DNA of 64,000 nucleotides from Mobula hypostoma (taxonomy: Eukaryota): positions 96,350,001 to 96,414,000 of the forward strand of contig NC_086107.1 of assembly GCF_963921235.1 (NCBI RefSeq), given 5' to 3'. The notes beneath the pieces were generated by a model. That model saw nothing but the letters and a program-made list of their open reading frames with translations, searched no databases and was not told the DNA's origin. A program made the position numbers and the translations under genes. This document shows positions 22,747 through 34,574 of this stretch, one piece after another (position 1 is the stretch's first letter; every line of letters starts with the position of its first letter).

Positions 22747-25476
22747 CAGGTGTCCCCCGCTTTTCGAACGTTCGCTTTACGAAACCTCACTGTTACGAAA
22801 GACCTACATTTGTACCCTGTTTTCGCTAAAAGATTTTTTCACTGTTATGAAAATAGCAGCACGCAAAAAATGGCGGTGTGCGAAAAAAAAATCAGTGCTT
22901 GTCCGGAGCAGCCAAGCTCCTCCCCCGGAACTGCATTCTAGCCACCATTGCTTGAATACGTGCTTTATCTCAATTTATTTTGTGCGTCCATTAGCAAGAT
23001 GAGTTCTAAGGTATCGGAAAAGCCTAAAAGAGCTCGTAAGGGTGTTACACTTAACTTAAAACTAAATATAATCAAGCATTTCAATCGTGGTGAACGAAGC
23101 AAGGACACTGTCCGCGCGTTGAACTTGCCTGCATCCACCATTCGCACTATTTCTACGCAGAGAGAAAAAATCTTGAAAGCTGCCGATGTTACTGTTGGTT
23201 CTGCTTGTAGCAAAGTGGTCTCTCTTAGTCGACATCCAGTAATGGATAAAATGGAAAGTCTACTGCTTGAGTGGATTGATGGGTGTACAAAACATGGTGT
23301 TCCTTTAAGTTATCTTATACTTAAGGAGAAATCAGTCAGTCTTTTTAATAAGCTGAAACAGAAGCCACTGGCCGATGGTGATGAAAGTGTTGCGAAAGTG
23401 GAATTTAAAGGTAGTCACAGGTGGTTTGATCGGTTTCTGAGGCGAGGGCAGTTTCATAGTTTAACGTTTACCGGAGAGAGGGCTTCGGCTGACACTGAAG
23501 CTGCCAAAAGGTTTCCAGCACAACTGAAGAAAATAATTACAGACGGTGGTTATTCTTACAAGCAAGTGTTTAACTGTGACGAAACTGCAATTTATTGGAA
23601 AAAATTGCCGAGTAAGAAATTTATTTCGAAAGAAGAAAAACAGGCTAAGGGACACAAGGCATCAAAGGACAGGTTTACCCTAATGCCTATTATTAACACC
23701 ACTGGTGATGCTGTCCTTAAGCCTCTACTAGTGTACCATTCAGAAAATCCGAGGGCACTTAAAGGCGTTGATAAGAAAACACTTCCCGTTGTGTTCCGTT
23801 CACATCCAAGCAGTTGGAACACCCAAGTGCTTTTTTCTGAGTACATGAGCAGATACGTTAGTCCTTTTGTTGAAAAATACTGCAGAGAAAATAACCTCGA
23901 TAATAGGTGTCTTGTGATTGTCGATAATTGTGCTGCTCATCCGCCTGCCATTACCGAGTATGGCAGTAACATTCGTGTTGCGTTCTTACCGCCGAATACG
24001 ACATCGTTGCTGCAGCCGTGTGACCAAGGCCTAATAGCCACAATTAAGGCTTACTATACGCAAAATGTGATGCATTTTATTGTAAGTGCTATTGACAGAG
24101 AGGGCAACTCCGAAGCATCTTTGCAAGAGATCTGGAAAGACTACAATATAAAACTGGCAATCGCCAACATTGGAGATGCTCTCGATAGGCTAACAGTCTC
24201 GATGAGAAATGGCGTTTGGAGGAAACTATGTCCCAAAGCAGTGAACGATTTTAAAGGCTTCGAACCATCAACAATAAATACGACAATAGTGAGCTTGGCT
24301 AAAGAGACTGGGTTTGTGGAAGTTGACAAAGATGATGTTGAAGAGGTTTTGGCATCCCATGACCAAGAATTGACAGATGAAGAGCTGATGCAATTGCAAG
24401 AGGAAAGATCAACAATCGAGACTGAATGCAGTAGCGAAAATGAAGTCGTCCAGGGACTGAACGTGAAGCAGTTGCGTGAGATTTTCGCTGCGATTGACAG
24501 CGCTGCAATGATTGCAGAAAAGTATGACTTTAATTTTGAAAGGATACGTAGGTTTAGGGCAGGTTTGCAGGATGTTTTGAGTGCTTACAAAGAACTGTAT
24601 GATAGAAAAATGCGCGAGGCTCAGCAGTCAAGTATACAGTCGTTTTTCAAGCCTTGCACATCGGCCACAGCAGACGACAAACCCCGACCTTCGACATCGA
24701 GGCAGGCAGACATAGAAGATGACCTGGCTACCCTATTGGAAACAGACTACGATGAAATGACACCCCAGTCTCCTCTACCTCCCACCACTCCAATTTCCGA
24801 CAACTCAGCCTAACACACCATCCCGATTCCTGTAAGTGAAACTACACTGCACATACATTATTTCTACTTTATATAGGTTGAGTATTTTTGTGTTATTTAG
24901 TATGATTTGTTATTATGTATTATTTGGCAGCCTCGTTGCTTAAAGGTTACTGGAGAGTGCTTCCGACAGCGCCTGCGCCGACAATGCCTTCAGCCGACAG
25001 TGCTTCTGCCAAGAGCGCATGCGTGAGATTTTCGCTGCGCTAGTCTGTGCTTCAATGATTGCAAAAAGTATTTCTCCTTTATATGGGCTGTGCATTTTTG
25101 TGTTATTTAGTATGATTTGTTATTTGGTACAATTTGGCAGCCTCATAGCTTAAAGGTTACTGGAGAGAGTGCTTCTGCCGAGAGCGCATGCATGAGATTT
25201 TCGCTGGGCTAGGTAGTGGTTCAATGATTGCAAAAAGTATTTCTACTTTATATATGCTGTGTATTTATCATATCATTCCTGCTTTTACTATACGTTACTG
25301 TTATTTTAGGTTTTATGTGTTATTTGGCATGATTTGGTAGGTTATTTTTTGGGTCTGGAACGCTCAAAAATTTTTTCCCATATTAATAAATGGTAATTGC
25401 TTCTTCACTTTACGACATTTCGGCTTATGAACCGTTTCATTGGAACGCTCTACCTTCGGATGGTGAGGGAAACCTG
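22747..25476 (+). mobile_element. Full-length Tigger/pogo DNA transposon inserted in Gypsy gag
   Basis: TA TSDs at 22745-46 and 25477-78; imperfect TIRs CAGGTGTCCCCCGC.. and ..GAGGGAAACCTG; gag reads GEY|NKLKELILLEEFK across the insert. Confidence 0.93.
22999..24813 (+). CDS. Tigger/pogo transposase, intact, 604 aa (CENP-B-type HTHs, DDE_1 domain, acidic tail)
   Basis: Uninterrupted ORF from ATG 22999; FKGSHRWF, VFNCDET, VDNCAAH and LLQPCDQG; DD32D spacing. Confidence 0.92.
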   Translation: MSSKVSEKPKRARKGVTLNLKLNIIKHFNRGERSKDTVRALNLPASTIRTISTQREKILKAADVTVGSACSKVVSLSRHPVMDKMESLLLEWIDGCTKHGVPLSYLILKEKSVSLFNKLKQKPLADGDESVAKVEFKGSHRWFDRFLRRGQFHSLTFTGERASADTEAAKRFPAQLKKIITDGGYSYKQVFNCDETAIYWKKLPSKKFISKEEKQAKGHKASKDRFTLMPIINTTGDAVLKPLLVYHSENPRALKGVDKKTLPVVFRSHPSSWNTQVLFSEYMSRYVSPFVEKYCRENNLDNRCLVIVDNCAAHPPAITEYGSNIRVAFLPPNTTSLLQPCDQGLIATIKAYYTQNVMHFIVSAIDREGNSEASLQEIWKDYNIKLAIANIGDALDRLTVSMRNGVWRKLCPKAVNDFKGFEPSTINTTIVSLAKETGFVEVDKDDVEEVLASHDQELTDEELMQLQEERSTIETECSSENEVVQGLNVKQLREIFAAIDSAAMIAEKYDFNFERIRRFRAGLQDVLSAYKELYDRKMREAQQSSIQSFFKPCTSATADDKPRPSTSRQADIEDDLATLLETDYDEMTPQSPLPPTTPISDNSA

Positions 25477-27122
25477 TATAATAAATTAAAAGAGTTGATT
25501 TTACTGGAGGAATTTAAAAGTGAGGACATACTTAAATGAAAGGGACACTGTTACATTGCAGAAGACTGCTAAATTAGCTGATGAGTATGCTTTAATTCAT
25601 AAAAATAAATTTTCTCCAGGTAGGACTTTTAAAAGGAAAAACAGCACAGAGAATCAAGGTACACCAGAAATTAATTCTGAAGTTAGTGAGAAAGTGGCAG
25701 TACGATATTATTTTGTAAAGGGAGTATTAATGAGAAAGTGGAGATCACCTACAATTCCTGCAAGTGAGGAATGGGAAGTTAATCACCAGGTAGTAATTCT
25801 TAAAGTTTATTGAAATGAGATTTTAACTATGGCTCATAATATACCTTTGGGTGGTCAACTAGGTGTAAAGAAAACTATGAACAAGGCCTTTAAACATTTT
25901 TACTGGCCTAGTTTAAGAAAAGATGTGGCAACATTTTGCAGAACATGTCATACGTGTCAAATTCTGGGTAAACCTATCAAGTTACTCCAGTGGCCCCACT
26001 GCAACCGATTCCAGCATTTGGTGAGCCATTCTCAATGATCAATGTAGACTGTGTAGGCCCATTGCCAAAAACTAAAACTGGAGATCAATATTTGTTGACC
26101 ATTATGTGCACAGCGTCTAGGTTTCCAGAGGCAATACCTCTTAGGAAAATAAACTGTAACAAAGCCTCTTATAAAATTCTTTACTTGTTTTGGGTTGCCT
26201 AAGGAGATACAATCTGATCAAGGTAGTAATTTTATGTCTGGATTGTTTCAGCAGATAGTTAATAAACTGGGAGCAAAACAGATTACCTCATCTGCATATC
26301 ATCCAGAATCGCAAGGAGACTTGGAGAGATTCCATTCTACCCTCAAAACTCTGATTAGAACGTATTGTGCGGAAAAATAAAAAGGACTGGGATGAATGAG
26401 TACATTTACTACTTTTTGCAGTACAAGAGGCAGTACAGGAATCATTAAGTTTTAGTCCTTTTGAACTTGTGATTGGGCATAGAGTTCGAGAACCTTCGGG
26501 CCTTGTTGAAAGAACAGTGGGTTAATAAAGAGGTACATACTAATTTGCTGGATTATGTTCTGAAATTCAAAGGAAGATTACATAAAGCTTGTAGCTTGGC
26601 CAAGGAAAACTTAAAATTGGCTCAGGAGAAGATATAAACTTGGTATGATAAGGAGGCTAGGATAAGGTCATTTAAGCCTGGAGATAAGGTGTTGATTCTT
26701 TTCCCGGTGCAAATGAACCCATTACAAGCTAATTTCATGTTCTTTATGAGATTAGATCTAAAGTAAGTGATGTGGATTACGTGATAAAAACTCCAGATCG
26801 AAGAAAGCCAACTCAGCTGTGTCATATAAATATGATAAAACCATATTATGAGAGAGAGGCTGCTACTATAACTGTTGTGGTCAATAATGAGTCTGATCTT
26901 TCTACAAACGTTTATAAAAACTTAATGGATGATTCATCTGAAACTCATTTTAAATCTAACATTATTTCAGCCAGGTTACCAAATTCAACAATTCTGGAAA
27001 ATTTTGATGAAAAATTAACTCATTTACAGCCAGAGCAGAGAGAGCACATGAAACAGTTAGTTTTTAAATACAGGGATTTATTTCCAGATGTTCCTAGAAG
27101 AACTACCGTAGCTTCACATGAT

Positions 27123-27278
27123 AGAAACATAGAAACATAGAAAATAGGTGCAGGAGTAGGCCATTCGGCCCTTCGAGCCTGCACCGCCATTTATTATGAT
27201 CATGGCTGATCATCCAACTCAGAACCCCGCCCCAGCCTTCCCTCCATACCCCCTGACCCCTGTAGCCACAAGGGCCAT
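27123..27278 (-). mobile_element. Short CR1 3' end inserted antisense in the Gypsy B pol
   Basis: Reverse complement of the (TTTCTATG)n tail and 3'UTR; matches 48895-49045; probable ATGAT duplication. Confidence 0.85.
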
Positions 27279-29714
27279 ATGATGTAGATGTTGGAGATGC
27301 AAAACCCATAAAACAACATCCATATCGGATGAACAGGGAAAAACGTGAACTTGCTGGACAAGAAGTTAAGTATATGTTAGAGAATAATATTATTAGACTT
27401 TCTAATTCGAATTGGAGTTCACCATGTGTTATGGTGCCTAAGCCAGACAATAGTATTAGGTTTTGTACAGATTACAGGAAGGTGAATGCTGTGACAAAAA
27501 CTGATGCATATCTAATCCCTAGGGTAGATGATTGTGTGGATAAAGCTGGACAAGCAAAGTTCCTTACAAAGATTGATTTGTTAAAAGGTTATTGGTGTGT
27601 TCCATTGACGGATAGAGGTAGAGAGATTTCTGCACTTGTAACTCCATCTGGGTTATATGAATATAATGTTCTTCCATTCGGAATGAAAAATGCACCAGGT
27701 ACTTTCCAGAGGATGATTAATAGTGTGATTTATGGGTTAAAAGATACAGATGCCTATATTGATGATTTAGTTACAAGAAATAATACTTGGAAAGCACATA
27801 TTACTGCAGTGGAGAAACTATTTGAGAGACTTTCAAAAGCTAACTTAACTATTAACTTAGCTAAAAGTGAATTTGATCATGCCACAGTAACCTAGATTGG
27901 TTATGTTGTGGGTCAAGGAAAATTAGCTCCTGTTCAGGCAAAAGTTCAGGCAATTTTAGAAGTACCCACTCCAATTGGTAAGAAAACTCTCAGAAGATTC
28001 TTTGGTAAAGTAGGATTATTACCATAAATTTTGTAAGAATTTTGCAAACATTGCCCTTCCATTAACTAACCTCTTGAAGAAAAATGAAAAGTTTGTTTGG
28101 ACACAGCTTTGTCAAGAAGCCTTTGATAAATTGAAAACTATAATATGTAGTCAACCTGTGCTCAAAACCGGACCACTTTCATTAGCTCTAGATGCTAGTG
28201 ATGAAGCTGCAGGAGCAGTGTTACTTCAAAGAGATGAGGGTGGTGAAGTTGATCATCCGGTAGCTTACTTTTCTAAGAAATTTAATACCCATCAAAGAAA
28301 TTATTCAACCATAGAAAAGGAATTATTATCTCTTGTTTTGGCTTTACAACATTTTGAAGTGTATGTTGGTACTACTTAGAAACCACTCATAGTTTACACC
28401 GATCATAATCCGTTCGTGTTTTTGAGTAAGATGAAAAACAAAAATAGAAGATTATTAAATTAGAGTTTAATGTTACAGGAGTATAATATTTTGATCATTC
28501 ATGTTAAAGGTAAAGATAATGTGATCGCTGATTGTCTATCTAGATGTTAAATGTACAATGTAAATTTTTTAATGGGGTGGTATTTTAACCTTTGTAACAC
28601 TCCTATTATATATTAGTTTGTAAAAGGCTGTATGATGATACTGTGTATGTTGTAGTAAATTTTATACATTTGTTTTTTTTTGTAAATAGTTAGTTGTTAA
28701 AATCTTGCTCCTAAAAGACCAAATTTTTTTTGGAGGGAGGTGTTACATACTTCATGGATATCTTGTGATGGTCTTATGAGGATGATGTAATGGTCTTTTG
28801 GAGGTCACCTGATGTAATTTTCATGCACCAATGTGAGGTGACGTGATGACATGTTCACCATAGGTATAAAAGGAGACCCCTGGGGTGACGCAGTTTAGTT
28901 TACAATGAGATCGTCAGTAAAATACTCCCTACGCTGCTTATTAATCTCATGAAGCAGTTCTATTGTAAGGCACAGAAGTGTTGGGCCGGCAGTTTAACCA
29001 ATAGCCGCCAGATTTGTTGATGTACCTTTTCAATAATACAGGAGACAGAAGACAGGAACCTGAAGGAGTCGTTCGACGGTTTTGGAGTGGATCGACCATT
29101 ACTGAATGTGTTCAAGAAAGAGTGATCTGCATGAGATAGCCTCTGCTAAAAGCAGCAGAAAAGGTTGTGCAGTATCTAGTATCCAGAGGGAAAGGTCAGT
29201 GCCTTTAGACCGTTGTATTTCCGTCGTCGTGAATCCTGCGGACAAGGCAGGATCCAGCTGGGACTGGCAGTGACATTGTGTCTTCGAGGAATTTTTTACT
29301 TCAGGAAAGTCTCTCCTAATTGACTGTCTAAATCTCTTGGACTTTCGAACTTACCATTCTAAGAACTGTGTTTGAATTTACCATTTTAAGAACTGTTCTT
29401 GCATTTATCGGTTTAAGAAATAGCACAGAGTGGCGGTTTGTTAAATGGCCGCATAGCAGTTTGCTTCCGGTTAAGGTATTGGTTTGTTTCTTTTTAGTAA
29501 TTTTGAGCAGAGTTTAATAAATGTTTTGTTTATAAAACCTGACTCATTTCTATATTCATTGTTGCCGGTCACGTGACAGCTGTACTATTCTATGTTCTAC
29601 GACTTAGACACACTGTTAAAGGTAAGGCTTTTTCCTTGTTTTTAAAGCAGCATAAACATGTGGACTTTTTTTTAATCCAAGAGTCACATTCTGTGACTGA
29701 AGACATTAAACTAT

Positions 29715-30683
29715 TGTCACGCAGGTGAGAAACTGCTAGAAAATTCAGCAGTCTAATGAACAAGGAGGCAATTAAAAGAGAGAGAGGACTCTGACTTTGT
29801 TTTGATAACACTTTTAATTGTGACCTTGAGAGAGCGAGAGTTCGACACCAGCTCAGACACAAGCTGGGAAGTCACCATGGTAACAGCTCAGAGCGGGTGA
29901 GCTAATGGACAGTTGGAATTTCGGATGGATTATTAAAGGTGATGCTTTTGTCTGATAACGGGGAGGAGACATGACACGGGAGAACTGCGGAAGCTACCTG
30001 AGAAACCACCGGTGGAGCTTAAGACCACCAAGAGGGTGGAGGCCACGGACTGATTAATTTCAACCCATGATTACCAGTGGGGGTAAGAGCTTGCCTGTGG
30101 GGGTCTGCTGGTGGTGAACCTGTGCCGTGGGTTAGTAGACCGTTCCCTAGAAGGGGCTCTGTCTATCTGTGTCTGTGTGGGGGTCACACCAAGTGATTCT
30201 GAAGACTTCGGAAACAAGAACGACTAAAGCTGCCAACTTGAACATCAACTCAATTAACACTCTCTCTCTCTCCATCAATTCAACTCGATGCAACACAAAG
30301 TGAACTGAGCTGCTTAAACTTAGCTGACACCGTAAGACTGATATCTACCTCCTGGACTATTAGACTATCTTTAAATGTGTGGGGATACAAAACTAAATAA
30401 TAGTCCACGAGGTAGATATCAGTCTTACGGTGTCAGCTAAGTTTAAGCAACTCAGTTCACTTTGTGTTGCATCAAGTTGAATTGATGGAGAGAGAGAGAG
30501 AGAGTGTTAATTGAGTTGATGTTCAAGTTATATATATAATAGTTTATAACCTGTATTGTATTATCCGGTTTAATGATATTAATTTGTAGTAGTAATAAAT
30601 ATAGTCTTAATTTATAGTAAACCAGACTCCAGTTGTGTTCCATTTCTGCTGGTCCTTTTCAACCCGTCACAGGGTTCGTGACA
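29715..30683 (+). mobile_element. Solo LTR of family A with internal inverted duplication
   Basis: TG..CA termini, 4-bp TSD CTAT, homologous to 10643..11308. Confidence 0.92.
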
Positions 30684-32781
30684 CTATGGAAATCCCAGTG
30701 GGGGAACGATGTTTGGTTTTCACATGGTTCTGAACATTCTGCAGGTGTTCTTATTCTGATGTTTAACGGTGTGTCCACCAGTCTGTAAATGGAGTAGCAG
30801 CAGTTTTTGTGTTGCTCCCAATTTTGTTCCTCTCCCCCAGTTTAAACTTTGAAATAAAAATCTTTATTTGCTGATTATTGAAGGGGAACTACATGTCTTT
30901 GTCTTTGAGGAGCAGGAAAAACTTGCCTGAACCTAGTGATAAAAGTAATGAGAAAGGAAAGATGCCAAAGGAAGGATCTGATGAAATGCCATCATGGGCT
31001 GAAGATATGGCCCAGACATTGAATTTAATTAAAGACCAACTGGAAAAGAATACTAATGAAATGATGTCATTTCTGGGAAAACTTAAAAACCTAGAAATTC
31101 AAGTTATTACACATGAAGAGGAATTGAAGGTAACTAAGCAAAACTTGCTTGAAACTACAACTCGTTTGGAAAGATGTCAAAATAAGATTATAGACCTGGA
31201 AACTAGGTCTCGTCGAAGGAATACATGAATTGTCAGGCTGCAGGAAGGAGCCGAGAATGGAGATTTAACTGCTTACTTTGGTAAGCTTTTTCATACTTTG
31301 TTTCCTACTGTATTATCACAGCCTCCTGCTATAGAAAGAGCACACAGAGCTCTTACTTTGAAATCTCAATGCTCAAATAAACCAAGGTCTGTTTTGGTTT
31401 GCTTTCATCCCTTTAAAATTAAAGACCAAATTATGAGACAGGCAAGGAAACAGAATTTTCAGATTCAAGGATTCTGAGCTCCGTTTTTATGAGGATTACC
31501 CGAAGGAGGTAATGGAACAAAGATCAAAATTTGATTTGGTAATGAAACAGGCGTACAATAAGAAACTGTTTCCCTCCTTGCGTTACCCAACCAGAGTTAA
31601 AGTTTTTCCCCCTAATTCTTATGCTCGTACATTTTTTGATCCTAAAGATGTACTGGCGTTTGTTCAAACTATACCTGCTGTGACTGACGATTGAACTATG
31701 TGGAAGACTGCTTGGTTATCTACATATCATTGGCATTTCGGAAAAAAGATTTATGAAGGTTACTTGGACATTTCATTGAGAAATTATTCAAAAGCAGATA
31801 AAGGGACTTGTTCATTATTGCATATCATTGGTATTTTGGAAAGAAGATTTATAGTTTAAGTATGTTCAAATGGTTATTCAGACATTTGTCTGAGAAAAAG
31901 AAGATAAAGGGACTTGCTCCTTTGACCTATTATCTGGTTTGATGTTTTTTTTGTTCCTTTCTTAATTAATTAATTAATTGGTAGTTTTTTCCTATTAATG
32001 GATTTTTTTTAAATATATAGCTAGGGGAGGGTTCAATTACTTATATATTACTAGTTAGTATTTTTGAAAATTTATTTGGGTTAATTATGCTATTATTCTT
32101 TTTTTCTTACTTTTTTTAAAAAAACTGCTGATTTGTTATTAAAAGCTATGCTTAGGGTTTTCTAGGTAATATATTTTAGATCTTAGTAATTGCTTATTTT
32201 TTCTTTTTTTGGTTTAATTTCAATATATCAGAATGTTATAGCATCTTATAACCGAATTTAAAGCTTTTTTTAGGGATTTAATGTTAAATTTAAGATGGCG
32301 CCAGTTTTTCTTTTTAAGAGATAACATAGCCATCTTTATTTTATTGCTTTGCTGCTGTCGGGTTCTTTCTTCATTTAAAAAAGACTAAATATAAACATGG
32401 GATAGTTTGTAGATGTTGGAAATGTAACCATTTTCCTTTGTTGAGATTTTGCTGTTCCTCTTACAAAGTCAGTGAGTTTCATTTTTTTTAACTAGAGGGA
32501 GGAATAGAAAATCTTTTTGAACTTTCTATTTTTTTTACAGACAGAGCAGTCCATCGCTTGGTATCTATTTATGGGGTGCCTGCTATCCTTTGGGCTGTGG
32601 GGTGGGGGGAGGGAGGTGGAGTTAAAGTCAGGGGGCTTTTCCCATTGAGTGGTTCCGGAGCATACGTGTTTTCTATATGGTTGTATTCTTCATTGTCGCC
32701 ATTTTTGATTATCCCGTATTGGTATGTGCTCTGCGCATGTGTAAAGTAGAATAAAACTCTATTATGGTATTTAAACGGATT

Positions 32782-34574
32782 TGTTGTAATGTGAGCATTA
32801 TTAAAAGTAAGTTAATACTAATCAGGATAATGGGGGATTTTTATTTCCATTCTGCTGTACATAGTGTTCCTGCCATGCCGTACAGGTTGTGAAAGCCTCT
32901 GTATATACACATCGGTTTTGACGTTCAAGATAAAGTTGTTTCTTTGGGCATGAAGTTGTCGAGTGTGCCTTTTCAAAGTAGAAGTTACCACATATTTTTG
33001 GCGACGAAGTGAACTGGTTTTGTGGACATGTCGGCACATTTCAAATGGGAGCAACAGTGCCGATAAGGAGCTTCACGTTCTTTGTTTGGGACTATAGGTG
33101 AATTTGTGGAGGTAACGGAGGACTGGCCAGAGTATGAGGAAAGTTTGGGACACTTTTTGTGCTAATGGAATTACTAAGGAGGCTAAGAAGCACTCTATTC
33201 TCCTGAGTGTATGTGGGGCGAAGACTTGCAAGCTAATAAGGAATTCAGCCGCACCACGGAAACCAGGGGACGTTCCATATGACGAACTGGTCAAGCTCGT
33301 GGGGAACCACTACAATCCAAAACCTTCTGTGATAGTCCAATGGTGTAAGTTTCACAGCCGTTTCAGGAAGCCAGGTCAGTTTGTGGCCGAGCTTTGGCAG
33401 CTGTCGAAGCATTGTGATTTTGGAGCGGTGTTGGATGACATGCTCAGTGATAGATTGGTATGCAGCATTAATAGTGACGGCATACAATGCCGCCTGTTAG
33501 GGGAAACCCCACCAGTTACTTTCAAGAAAGCCTTAGAGATGGCTGCTAATAATGTCAAGGATATCCAGAAAGGACATGGGGGGGTCGCAGTCAGCAGCAG
33601 TACACCAAGTCAGGAGGGAGACTGGTAAACAGGCAAAGCGGGTGGAATGTTTCTGGTGTGGAGGGACGCACTGTGCAAATAATTGCAAATTCAAAGACCC
33701 TATCTGCCATGTTTGTAGCAAAAAGGGACATTTAGCTATAAAATGCAGAAGTTCAAAGGGTAAGATTAAGCCTGGACAGGGGAAAGCTCAACAGGCTCAG
33801 GCAGCCACACACCATCTAGAAGAAGCAGATGAAGAGGCAGCGTGTGCCTACAACATGTTTACAGTGGAAACAGATGAGGAACCACCTGAACCATATTATG
33901 CCACAGTCACTGTCAGGGGAAAGGACATTAAGTTTGATATTGATTCAGGGGCTTCTGCATCCGTCATTAGTGAGGAGACCTACAGGAGGACATGGGGGTC
34001 CAACCTGCCTCCCATTAGACCATCAAAGCTCAAACTTAGGATCTATACGGGGCAGCCCATACCTCATTTAGGGGTGTTATATGTGGACATTTCAGCCGGG
34101 GGTCAGAAGGCTGAAGCCAGGCTAGTGATAGCTAAGGGCAGGGGGCCCAGTCTTTTGGGTTGCGTTTGGCTTCGCAAAATCCAGCTAAACTGGCATGAAA
34201 TTAAGTATGTTTACACAACGGAGGACATTCTGCAGCGGTACAGTGTCGTTTTCAGGGATGAGCTAGGAACACTGAAGGGCGTGACAGTGAAACTCCATGT
34301 CGACCCTGAGGCTACACCACATTTTTTTTAAGCCCAGGTCGGTGCCCTATGCCATGAAAGGCAAAGTCGAGGAGGAGCTGAAACATTTACAGAGGCTAGG
34401 CATTATTGAGCACACCCAGCTTTCAAGGTGGGCAGCTCCCATTGTTCCAGTTCTGAAGGCAGACAAAACGGTGAAGATATGTGGGGATTATAAGCTTACG
34501 GTGAATCAGGTCTCTTGGCTGGAGGAGTACCCATTGCCATGGGTGGATGACCTGTTTGCTATCCTGTCAGGGTA
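32782..34574 (+). mobile_element. Gypsy element with conventional order (5' LTR, gag, PR, RT start), truncated
   Basis: Short LTR TGTTGTAA..TTACCACA 32782..32992; PBS TGGCGACGA (tRNA-Ser-like); two Zn knuckles; IDSGA protease; WAAPIVPV..CGDYKLTVN. Confidence 0.85.

Larger units (their letters stand above)
20962..29578 (+). mobile_element. Gypsy LTR retrotransposon, Gmr1-type (IN before RT), family B, decayed
   Basis: LTRs 20962..21827 and 28741..29578; 4-bp TSD GCTG; PBS TGGGGGCTCGTCTGGGAT 21834..21851; PPT GGAGGGAGG; gag 21956-25690; IN 25829-26400; RT YIDD 27329..27895; RNase H 28074-28550; protease region deleted. Confidence 0.94.

Noticed and set aside
22649..23002. Gag-Tigger read-through ORF
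   Set aside because: Gag simply reads into the non-coding Tigger left end
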